From contig JBMNFY010000017.1 in NCBI GenBank assembly GCA_050949565.1, positions 192,001 to 256,000 on the forward strand: a DNA stretch of 64,000 bases, in the 5' to 3' direction. Below, in pieces: positions 18,725-28,009 of the stretch; the stretch's first letter is position 1, and the number at the start of each line of letters is the position of its first letter. The stretch is from Kiritimatiellia bacterium (lineage in GTDB: Bacteria; Verrucomicrobiota; Kiritimatiellia; RFP12; UBA1067). The translations under genes were made by a program, and so were the position numbers. Under the pieces are notes generated by a model. It was not told the origin of the DNA. It searched no databases and saw only the letters and a program-made list of their open reading frames with translations.

Positions 18725-21700
18725 ATGAAAATTAGGCGTCTCGAAGTGGTTGCGTGGGTATTAATCGGAACGGCGACGACACTGCTGGCCGCAGACGGCA
18801 CGTGGATCGCGCCGGGAGGCGGCGCATGGAGTGACACGTCGAAATGGCAGAATCAGACGGTAGCCGAAGGCAGCGGAGCAACCGCCACCTTCGACGCGGC
18901 CGGCAGCGGCACGGTGAACAATGACATGACCGCGCTCGCGTTGCGCGGCGTGCTGCTCGGCGGCGCGGGTTACACCCTGGCCGGCAACACGCTGGCGCTC
19001 GACGCGGCGGGGTTCATTACGGTGCTAGGAGGCAGCCACACCGTCGGGCTGCCGCTGACGCTGGGCGGCGACACGACCGTCACGGCGGCGTCGGGTGCCG
19101 CGCTCGCGCTGGATGGCGACATCGATGGCGCAGGAGGCCTCACCCTCTCAGTCGGCAATGTGGCGCTCGGTGGAGCCAACACCTTTTCCGGTCCCTTCAA
19201 CCATGTCCGAGGCATCATTTCGTTCGCAGACCCTGCCGCGCTCGGCGCGAGCACCGCGCCTGCCATCCTCGGCGAGGGTGCCTACCGCTACACCGGTCCC
19301 TCCGCCACCTTTGCCCGCGGCCTCACACTGCGCGCTGGCGTGCAGGCCGCTACGAATCGTGCTGCGGTCATAGACATTACCGATCCCGATACCACGCTCA
19401 CCGTCTCCGGCCGGGTCCGCACGGAAGGAGGCGCGTTCGTCAAGACCGGTCCCGGCACCGTCGCCTTCACATATCCCGGCGCGCAGACCATCGGCCTGAA
19501 CAGCTATGGCACGGCTAACGGTGTCCTTGCTTTTGATGAAGACGGCATCCTCACGAATGGCAACAACCGTTTCACCATTGAACGCGGTACCATGCGCCTT
19601 GGAGCACCCGGCCAGACCAACGTCATCCAGGCCGGCTGGGTCGGTTGCCGCAGTCTCTACTCACCGACGCTCGAAATCAACGGCGGCTACCACCGCTTCG
19701 TCAACGACTACTTCACCATCGCCCGTGGCACCGGCACCATCGCATCGCCACAGTCGCCCGGCATGATCGTGGACGGCGGAGCGACGGTCGTCATGGAAGG
19801 TTCGGGGTTTGTCATGGACAATGCGCATGGGCAATCGAATCATCGCGGACGCCCCCTGGCTGCGTGTCGACGGCGGTTCCACCTTTAAAGTCAACGGGCA
19901 CGTCTTTCTCGGCGAGAACGACAGAGCCACCGGCACCGTCGATATCGTCAACGGCTCCACCTTCATCTCTGACAATCAGACTCACAACCGCGGCATGATC
20001 GTCTCGCCCGCGACCGGTGCGGACATGACGATCACATTTGATTCAGTTTCCACCAACCAGACCTATTTGATGCGCGTAGGGCGCGGCGGTAAAGTCACCT
20101 ACAAAGGCGGCAGCGTGCTTGAACTTGACGGTTCGCCAACCACCGCCACCGCAGGGGGCAACACCGAAGGTTCCGTAACCTTCGACAATGCGACGCTCAG
20201 ACAGCGTACCCCCTCACGCTCATCCGATTGGTTTCCCGGAAGCCACGATCTATCCGTTGGTCCCGGCGGACTGACTGTCGATGTCAGTAAATACGCTTGG
20301 ATCGGTCCGGCTTTAAAAGCGGCGGGGACAGGCGGCGCGATCACCAAAACCGGACCGGGCATGCTGGCCATTTCGTCACCGCAGGTTCCGGTCACGGTCG
20401 CCGAGGGTACGCTCGCGCTCGTGGCCGATGCCGTGAATGTCGCGCCGGCATCCTCCGCGTCGGTCACCGCGCTGCCCGGCGCAGCCGTCGAAGTTTCCGG
20501 CGCCAACGCACTCGCCGTCACGCCCGTCACGACGGATGCGCTTTTGCTGAAGGCACCGTCGCTTACAGCCTATCCCGATGAGTGGGTCTTCCAAAAAGCC
20601 GCCCAAGCCGGACGAAACGACGGCCATCTGCGTCTTACGCCAGACCACAGCGCAGGCAACGGCTACGCCTGGCTGGCACGCAAACGCGCCGTCACCGGCC
20701 CCTGGACCGCCCGCTTCACGTACCGGGTCTTTGCTCAGATGACCCAGCCTGCCGACGGTGTGGCGCTCATCATCCAGAACGACGCGCGCGGCACATCTGT
20801 ATCTGAAGGCGGCGCCCAGAACGTAGGCTATCAAGCCGATACCGGTGTGCCGGGCATCACCAATTCCGTCGCCATCGGTCTGCTCGGCTACGCCGGCTAC
20901 CGCTGGCTCACTCTCGGGCAAGCCGGACTCTGGACGGTGACCAACACCGTGCTACCCGTTTTGGACAACAGCGGTGCCCCATGGCATGTCACGGTCCGAT
21001 ACGACGGAGCCGGAACACTCGGCGTTGAGGTCGAGCGTCCCGACCGCCTGTTCCGGCACGCGCAAACCTATGCCGTGAACCTCGCCGATGAGGTCGGCGC
21101 TGACGAGGCGTATGTCGGGTTCGCCGCCGGAACCGGCGGATCCTGGGGTGCACACACCATCACCGATTTCACGTTCGAGAGCGACGTAGACAGCCCGCGT
21201 TCCGCCGCCATTCCGTATCGTCTCGGCGGTGCCTTCACCCTCGGCGCGGACGAGACGCTAGCGGTCTCGCTACGTCTCTCTACCATGCACTCTGCCTTCG
21301 CGCTTGGCTCGCTGACCTATTCGGCCGGTGCCGCGCTCGACATCTCGACCACCGCCGCCGACGCCATTCCCGTGCCTGCGCCCCTACCCGCGATTACGTT
21401 GGCCGACCAGCCCCTGTGGTCCCTCTCGGGATCGGCACGCTGGCTCCCGGACGGCACACTCGCCCATACCATCGCCGCCTCCGGTCAACCCGGGGGCGGG
21501 TCGCTGACCACCAACCGATATCCCGTCGCCGGTTCGTGGACCGCACAGATCGGTTACGCGTTCGGCGAGGCGAGCCCCTGGCCGGCTGATTACATCCAGT
21601 TCCGTTTCGTGAACGGCAGCAGAAATTTCGCCGTTCAATGGCGCTACTACGACGGCAACATCCGCTCCACCCGCCTCAAGATTGTCAAAAACAACGACAC

Positions 21701-23411
21701 ACAGGTCATCACCGATGACATCGCGCCGGTCACCCTGACCAACCGCATCCCTGCGACCTTCATCGTGAACTACGATTCACCCGCGAAGGTGCTGACCGTC
21801 ACCTCCGTTCAGGACGGCGTCGGCACGAATGTCACCGCTATTTCCGACATCGACATCGCTGCCGTCCTCGGCACCACCGAAGCCCAGATCGGCTTCGACG
21901 GCGCGACCGGAGGACAGTGGACCGAGAACATCATCACCGACTTCTCGTTCACGCCCCTATCGCTACCCGATCTCGCGCCGACGCCATCATCAAGCGCCCC
22001 CGCATCTCTTGCCTTCGACAGTTACAGCGGCACAGGGCCTCTCACCGTACGCGGCGGCACGCTCAACCTGCCGGGTAATATCGACCGTCCGACCGCAAAC
22101 CTCGCCATTAAACTGGAGGATGGCGCGGGCCTGCTGCTCGGCAAGACCTCCCTCGCCCCGCTCGACTCCACGCTGAACCCGCGTTCGGACTGGCTGTTCA
22201 GCGCCATCGGCTCCTGGGCATCCGGCGGCGCCATGCAGTTCTGCGCGGCCGTCAACAGTACCAACGGCACGGTCACATCGACACGCCGCGTCCGCGTTTC
22301 AGATGCCTGGACATGTTCATTCGACTACACCTGGGGCAAGGGCATGAACAGCCCCGCCGACGCCTTCTGCATGTTCCTGCACAATGACCCACGTGGACCA
22401 GGTTACTCCAGAGGCAACACCACAGGAGCCGGCTTCGAGGGGATGCAGAACAGTGTCGGTGTGCGTTGGTACTTCTATCCCTATAACACCACCGGATACA
22501 AGAACCGCGTAACGATCGGCTATGGCGGTGTATTCCCCGTGGCCTCTATGCAACTGCATGAACCTGTCATCTTTTACAGCAATGCCGTCACGCGCGTCAC
22601 CGTGCAATACGACCCCATCGCCAAGACACTCACGAGTATCATCGGCAACGACGGCCCCCGTTCCGACACGCTCAATCCGTCGCGTGAGTTCCGCGCCGTT
22701 ACCAACGTTTTCACCGACGTGGACATTGCCCAGCGCGTTGGCGGCGATTATGCGTATGTCGGTTTCGGCGGGGGCACCGGCGGCGTGAACGCCGAAATGC
22801 GCGCCTGCGGTGTACACTTTGCCTCTGACACACCGTACGACGCCATGTCCGACGTCGACTCGCTCGCGTCACTGGAACTGCCCGCCGGAGCGACCGGCCA
22901 TGTCACGCTCGACTCTCCCGTGCCGGACGCCACGTTCAACATTCCGGCGCTCACGCTGGGTGACGGCGCGACATTCGCGCTCGCTGCTTGCGACACCTCC
23001 ATCCCAACCCTCGCGCTCAGCGCGGTGACACTCAACGGCGATGGGACCCTCGACGTGGCAGCCACCGCCCGTTGCGAAGCGGGGACCGTCACCGGGACGG
23101 GATCGCTCGCTAAGCGCGGTGCAGGCACGTTGGCGCTCGCCGACATAGCCGCCTACACCGGCGACACACAACTCGAAGCCGGCACGCTGGCACTCGACGC
23201 GGCGCGGCTGCCGCGTACCGACCTGCACGTCACCTCCGGCGCGACGCTCAACCTGGCCTTTACCGGCAAGCAGCATGTGCACGCGCTCTTTGTGGACGGT
23301 GCGCCGATGCCCGGCGGGCGCTACACGGCAGCGAACGCCGCATGGATCACCGGCCCTGGTACGCTAATCGTAACCTATCCACCAAGCGGCTCGATTCTCT
23401 TCCTGAGGTAG
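18725..23411 (+). CDS. Large secreted beta-strand-repeat protein with three legume-lectin-like domains; +1 frameshift at C5 run 19852-19856
   Basis: Signal peptide, GANTFSG, FVKTGPGT, ITKTGPG, LAKRGAGTL..YTGDT. Lectin-like motifs PADG..IIQND...AYVGF.AGTGG repeated three times. The two ORFs join as ...NHRGR|PWLRVDGG. Confidence 0.8.
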
Positions 23412-23420
23412 AGGCGGTGC

Positions 23421-25136
23421 CTACTCGGCCCACGTGAACGTCAGTCCGCCGAACTGGAAGGGCGAGGCCTCGAACATGACGCGCAGCACATGACGTCCGG
23501 CGGTGAGAAAAACCGTTTTTTCGGGCAGGGGCTTGAAGTCGGCCCACCAGTTCTTGCCTGTCGTGAAGTCCGTGCCGAAGATAAAGTCCGCCAGCGGTTT
23601 GCCGTCGCACTCGATAATGATTTTGTCTTTTTTGTCGGACGGGAAGGCCTGATCGGCAACACGGGCAAGACAGGGCGCAACCCGGTAGCGGCCTGTTTTT
23701 TCAACGTCCACCGTATAGATGACCCACATGCTGCGGAACGCGCCGATCCCGTTTTCATTCGGCGCATTGATGCCTTCGTCCGTGCGGAAGGTGAGATCCC
23801 ACGCGGGCTTACGGAATATGTTCTGCTTCAGATAGGTGAAATACGCCACGCCCTGGCCGCCTTCGTCATAGTATCCGGGCGTGATATGGCCGGGAATGAC
23901 TTGCGCTTTGTTCCTATACGGGCGGTGGTTGTCAGCCTCGGAACTTTTGACCTCCAGCATCACGGGTGCCGACTGTCCGATCAGCCCCTTGGAATCGCAG
24001 GCCATAGCAATGAGAATGTTCTCGCCGGTATAGAGCCGCTTAGCCGGCAACGTAAACAACGCCGACGGCGCGGCTTTTTCGGCGCGGATACGTCCATTGC
24101 TGAACAGGCAGAGGTTGGTCACTGCCGCACCGTCTGCCGAGGCTGTCACGCGGAAGGTCACATCGTCGTCCGGACGAACCACGCGCACAGACGGCTCCAG
24201 TTGCAGGGTGACGCTCGGTCTGGCCCTCCCATCCGTGTCCTCCTCGTAAACGCGGACATAATCCACCATCAATGAGTCGGGCCATTGCCCGTCGGCATAG
24301 TCACCCATCCAGTCCTTGGAGCGGTTCGGATCGCGGAAACAGCCGGAGATCCAGATGCACATCGGCTGCGTCGTTACGGGGACCTCTCGGTAGTTCAGCC
24401 GCAAGGTCTCTTTGCCGTCGCAGTAGAAAACATACTCCAGCGGCGTCCACTCCACGCCGATGACGTGAAAGGCATTCCAGTCGTCCACCGCGACGTGCTT
24501 GCCGCGTGAGATGCTGTGAAGGCTGTTGCCTTCCAGTTCGCCGACGCGCTTGTCGTTCTCACTGGCATAACCCAACTGCGAGTCGAAATGGATGTTGTGC
24601 GTGAATTCGGGGCTTTTCTTTGGCTTGGGGTAGTCTTCGAACATATCGATTTCCTGTCCCATGACGAAAGGGTTCGGTCCGACCTCAACGCCGTAAAGCC
24701 AAACGGCACCCCACCAGCCCGGTTCGCGGGTGAACCGGGCGCGCGTTTCAAAGTAACCGTACGTGCGCTGGAATTTCCCTTTGGTTCGGGCACCTGCATG
24801 ATAGCGGTAGGCACCGTCCGCATCGCAGGTGACCTTGACGACGAAGTGGCCGTTCCCGTCCACTCCGGCATGGTCATTGTCCCAGATGCCCTTCGCACCG
24901 TTCCAACAGAACGCCATGCCGGGCCGAGGGGGGCAGAACGACCACTTCGTCGTATCCAGCGTTTTCCCGTCGAACTCGTCTTGGAAGACCAGCTTCCATT
25001 TCTTATGCGGCGGCAGCAGCGACTCGGCCGCAGCGACAGACTGAGGACAAGTGGAAAACAATGTCCCCGAGAACAGCACAAGCGTTGTACAGAGAACCGG
25101 TAAGCGACTGCCCGCCCATTTCGATATACCTTCCAT
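23421..25136 (-). CDS. GH16 glycoside hydrolase with Ig-like and CBM6-like C-terminal domains
   Basis: WKLVFQDEFDG, YGYFETR, catalytic EIDMFE, FHVIGVEW, VDYVRVYE; C-terminal IPG.I....YDEGGQGVAY. Confidence 0.88.
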   Translation of the reverse strand: MEGISKWAGSRLPVLCTTLVLFSGTLFSTCPQSVAAAESLLPPHKKWKLVFQDEFDGKTLDTTKWSFCPPRPGMAFCWNGAKGIWDNDHAGVDGNGHFVVKVTCDADGAYRYHAGARTKGKFQRTYGYFETRARFTREPGWWGAVWLYGVEVGPNPFVMGQEIDMFEDYPKPKKSPEFTHNIHFDSQLGYASENDKRVGELEGNSLHSISRGKHVAVDDWNAFHVIGVEWTPLEYVFYCDGKETLRLNYREVPVTTQPMCIWISGCFRDPNRSKDWMGDYADGQWPDSLMVDYVRVYEEDTDGRARPSVTLQLEPSVRVVRPDDDVTFRVTASADGAAVTNLCLFSNGRIRAEKAAPSALFTLPAKRLYTGENILIAMACDSKGLIGQSAPVMLEVKSSEADNHRPYRNKAQVIPGHITPGYYDEGGQGVAYFTYLKQNIFRKPAWDLTFRTDEGINAPNENGIGAFRSMWVIYTVDVEKTGRYRVAPCLARVADQAFPSDKKDKIIIECDGKPLADFIFGTDFTTGKNWWADFKPLPEKTVFLTAGRHVLRVMFEASPFQFGGLTFTWAE

Positions 25137-25431
25137 CACGGCAACACCTCCCATTGTCCGCCTTCAGCTAGACCAACACATCCATGTTTTGAAACTTATC
25201 ACAACAGAGAGTTGAACGCCAGAGGAACAACTGGATGAGAAAAAGCCATCTGGCAGAAATCAGAAACATGGCCGCACAGCCGGGATCGCGTTGAGGCCAG
25301 AGCAAAAACAACGCAGTGCTTTTCGTTTATTTCGTGCCGTTCGTGGTTCAAGAAAAACCAAAAACCATCGTGATCTTTGCGCCTTTGTGTGAGAAATAAT
25401 TCCGTAACGGCTAAAAACCAAAAAATTACGG

Positions 25432-25459
25432 TTGAAAAGCCGCCCGGTTTTGCTATCTT
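25432..25459 (+). promoter_or_regulatory. Putative sigma70 promoter for the small basic protein operon
   Basis: TTGAAA-16 nt-TATCTT with extended -10 TG. Confidence 0.45.
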
Positions 25460-25513
25460 GGCGGTTCTACATCGGACAGACCGGAGCGGTTACGAAGAGG
25501 AGAAGAAGGTCAC

Positions 25514-25669
25514 ATGAGTCAGCATAGCAGTTTGAAGGGTTCGGGTAAAATCACGGCGAAGCGCAATGTGTTGAAGCGTTTCGAGCGTGTCAACCTGTTG
25601 AAAAAGCGCGGCCAGTGGAAAGACGGCGATCGCGGCCTGGGCCTGCCCAAGACCAAGCCGGAAGAATAA
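25514..25669 (+). CDS. PVC superphylum signature small basic protein
   Basis: Manual translation MSQHSSLKGSGKITAKRNVLKRFERVNLLKKRGQWKDGDRGLGLPKTKPEE (51 aa) matches the family pattern S.H.SL...RNVL.R.ER...L...G.W......GLPK. Absent from the ORF track. Confidence 0.92.
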   Translation: MSQHSSLKGSGKITAKRNVLKRFERVNLLKKRGQWKDGDRGLGLPKTKPEE

Positions 25670-25702
25670 TCGTCCCGGCGGACTACGCGTTTTTACATCG
25701 TC

Positions 25703-25753
25703 AACCGCTTGTGTAACGGTATCCCGCACGGGGTTCGTATGCAGGCGGTTTTT
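25703..25753 (+). terminator. Probable intrinsic terminator / stem-loop after the small basic protein gene
   Basis: aaccgcttgtgta...tatgcaggcggtt followed by a T-rich tail. Confidence 0.5.
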
Positions 25754-25852
25754 CTGTTTCGACCGCAATCGGTTAATGACAGGGATACGCGAGTCCAGCG
25801 CGTGTTTTGTGCGTACGCATTTTCTTGAACGTTGAACGTTGGGTGTTGAAAG

Positions 25853-26818
25853 TTGAGCGTTTTCGCAAGCCAGGCGAACGGATTTGCAAGCCTACACCTG
25901 CTGGCGCTTCTATTGGCGTTGGCAGGCGGAACGGTCTGTGCCGAAACGGACGGTGGCGGCAGCGTACGTGGCATCCAAGGGCGTTTCGCGCTCTATGCCA
26001 CGACCAATCCTCCGCTCGAAGCGATCACTTGGCTGCCCGCCGAGACCGTGCTCGCCGTCGTGGGCGAATTGACCGACGCCCCTTGGACGCCGGTCAGGGC
26101 ACCTGACACGCTCTCGGTGTGGATCTATCGCGACCTCGTCCGTGACGGCAAAGTGCTGGCCGACAAGAGTTTGGTACGGGCTGGCGCAGGCACAGCCTTC
26201 CGTCCGCTCGCCAGCCTCGACCGCGGCACGCCCGTTGAGGTACGCGGCCCGTACGGTGACTGGCTCAAGATCGCCCCGCCGCCCAGCATGACGTTCTGGG
26301 TGTTGCGCGATCAGGTCGAGCCGCTCGCCGAACAGCCCCGCGAGATCGACGCGGCACAGGCACGGGCCGACTTGTACAGCGCACTGCTCGACGCATTCTC
26401 CGGTCCGTCGTCTGCGCAACCGCCTGATCCGGACGCATCGCCCGACCTGAACGCATTACCTGATCCGGCTGTGCCTGTCCCCGATCTCCCCTCCCCGCCC
26501 AAACCGCCCCGTGCGGTGCCGCGCCCGCCGGAGTTGGCCGATTATGCCTTGGATGAGACTGCCATCCAAGGCGAACGTGTCACGCTGCGCGGCACGCTGG
26601 ACTGGGGCGGCGTGGATCCGATATCCGCTCCCTTCTGCCTCGTCGCCCGTGAACCGGACGGTGATGCCGTGCCGCTTTGCAACCTGCTGGCCCCGGAAAT
26701 CACATACGGTCCGCACATCGGCGCCGAGGCCACCGTTGAGGGCACACGCTGGTTTGTCAAGGGTGCCCGCCTGCCCTTTGTCATTCCGTTGGCTGTGCGG
26801 ATTTCCCCGCGAAAATGA
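25853..26818 (+). CDS. Secreted tandem SH3b-domain protein with Pro-rich linker
   Basis: Hydrophobic signal; two SH3b-like units (second: VRAGAG..FRPLASLDRG.PV....GDWLKIAPP...FWV). Start uncertain. Confidence 0.65.
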   Translation: MSVFASQANGFASLHLLALLLALAGGTVCAETDGGGSVRGIQGRFALYATTNPPLEAITWLPAETVLAVVGELTDAPWTPVRAPDTLSVWIYRDLVRDGKVLADKSLVRAGAGTAFRPLASLDRGTPVEVRGPYGDWLKIAPPPSMTFWVLRDQVEPLAEQPREIDAAQARADLYSALLDAFSGPSSAQPPDPDASPDLNALPDPAVPVPDLPSPPKPPRAVPRPPELADYALDETAIQGERVTLRGTLDWGGVDPISAPFCLVAREPDGDAVPLCNLLAPEITYGPHIGAEATVEGTRWFVKGARLPFVIPLAVRISPRK

Positions 26819-26866
26819 GATTGGCGTCTCGCCAACCGACACCCCATTTATTATACTGGTCGGCTT

Positions 26867-28009
26867 ATGGAAGGAAAATTATATCTTATCTGCGGTGATG
26901 ACGATTATCTCGTCGATACGGCTGCGCGCGAGCGGATCAATCAGCTCGTGCCGGAGGCGGATCGGGAGTTCGGCGTTGAAATCGTGGACGGTCAGCGAGA
27001 CACCGCAGATGAGATCACCGAGGCCGTAAACGCCTGCATGGAATCGGTGCAGACTCCCGGCTTTTTCGGCGCCACCAAAGTCACTTGGTTTCGCGACGTC
27101 ACCTTCCTCACCGGCGGCGGTCGCAGTGCCGGAACGATAGCCGCCAAAGAGGCGGTCCAGAAGCTCACAACGTGGCTTAAAGGCGGCTTGCTCAGCGGTC
27201 AAACCTTGATCATCACGACGACCAAGGTGTTGCGCAACTCCACATTTTTCAAAACCTGCCAGCAACAGGGCGAGGTTCAAGACTTCGGGAGCGGACACAA
27301 GGCTTGGGAGCTTGAGAAGTTGGCCGGCGAACGTGTGGATGCCCTGTTCAAGCAAGCAGGACTCACCGTCGACGCGAAAGCACGCGACGAGTTTCTCAAA
27401 CGCGTCGGTCACGACACGCGGCTCTTGGTGAGCGAGGTTGAAAAGTTGCGTCTCTACGTAGGTGTCGGCAAACGTGTGACCGTTGAAGACGTGCGCGAGA
27501 TCACCTCCATCGGCCGCGAGGCTGAAGCGTGGGACCTTCTTGATGCCTTCGGCGAACGTAACGCACTAGGCGTCCTGACCACTCTCAACCGCTTGAGCGG
27601 CCAGCGCGGTATCGGCGTCATGCTTGCCACGATGCTGGAAAGAACCGTGCGCGACCTGTTGATCCTGCGTGAGGCCCATGACCGCAAATGGGTCTACGGC
27701 GGCACGGGCGGTGCCTGCGGCTGGAATAAGAATCTGCCGCCAGAAACCGCCGCGCTACTCAGCACACTGCCAGTCAACCCGACTGCGACAGGCACATGGA
27801 TGCTGAAAAAAAAGCTGCCCCATGCCCTCAACTTTACGCTGATGGAGCTTCGTGTAGCGCGCCACCGCATCTTGGACTTGCGCGAAAAGCTCGTGTCGTG
27901 CGCACTGCCCGAAATGTTTCTGCTGGAAACCACCCTGTTGCGGATTATCGGTAACCCCCGTCGGACAGCGGCTGGCCCCAAGCGCCCGGCCGCAGCAGGA
28001 GCGCGATGA
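26867..28009 (+). CDS. holA: DNA polymerase III delta subunit
   Basis: LYLICGDDDYL, TPGFFG..K, VGHDTR.L.SEVEKLRLY, VTVEDV, WDLLDA. Confidence 0.85.
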   Translation: MEGKLYLICGDDDYLVDTAARERINQLVPEADREFGVEIVDGQRDTADEITEAVNACMESVQTPGFFGATKVTWFRDVTFLTGGGRSAGTIAAKEAVQKLTTWLKGGLLSGQTLIITTTKVLRNSTFFKTCQQQGEVQDFGSGHKAWELEKLAGERVDALFKQAGLTVDAKARDEFLKRVGHDTRLLVSEVEKLRLYVGVGKRVTVEDVREITSIGREAEAWDLLDAFGERNALGVLTTLNRLSGQRGIGVMLATMLERTVRDLLILREAHDRKWVYGGTGGACGWNKNLPPETAALLSTLPVNPTATGTWMLKKKLPHALNFTLMELRVARHRILDLREKLVSCALPEMFLLETTLLRIIGNPRRTAAGPKRPAAAGAR

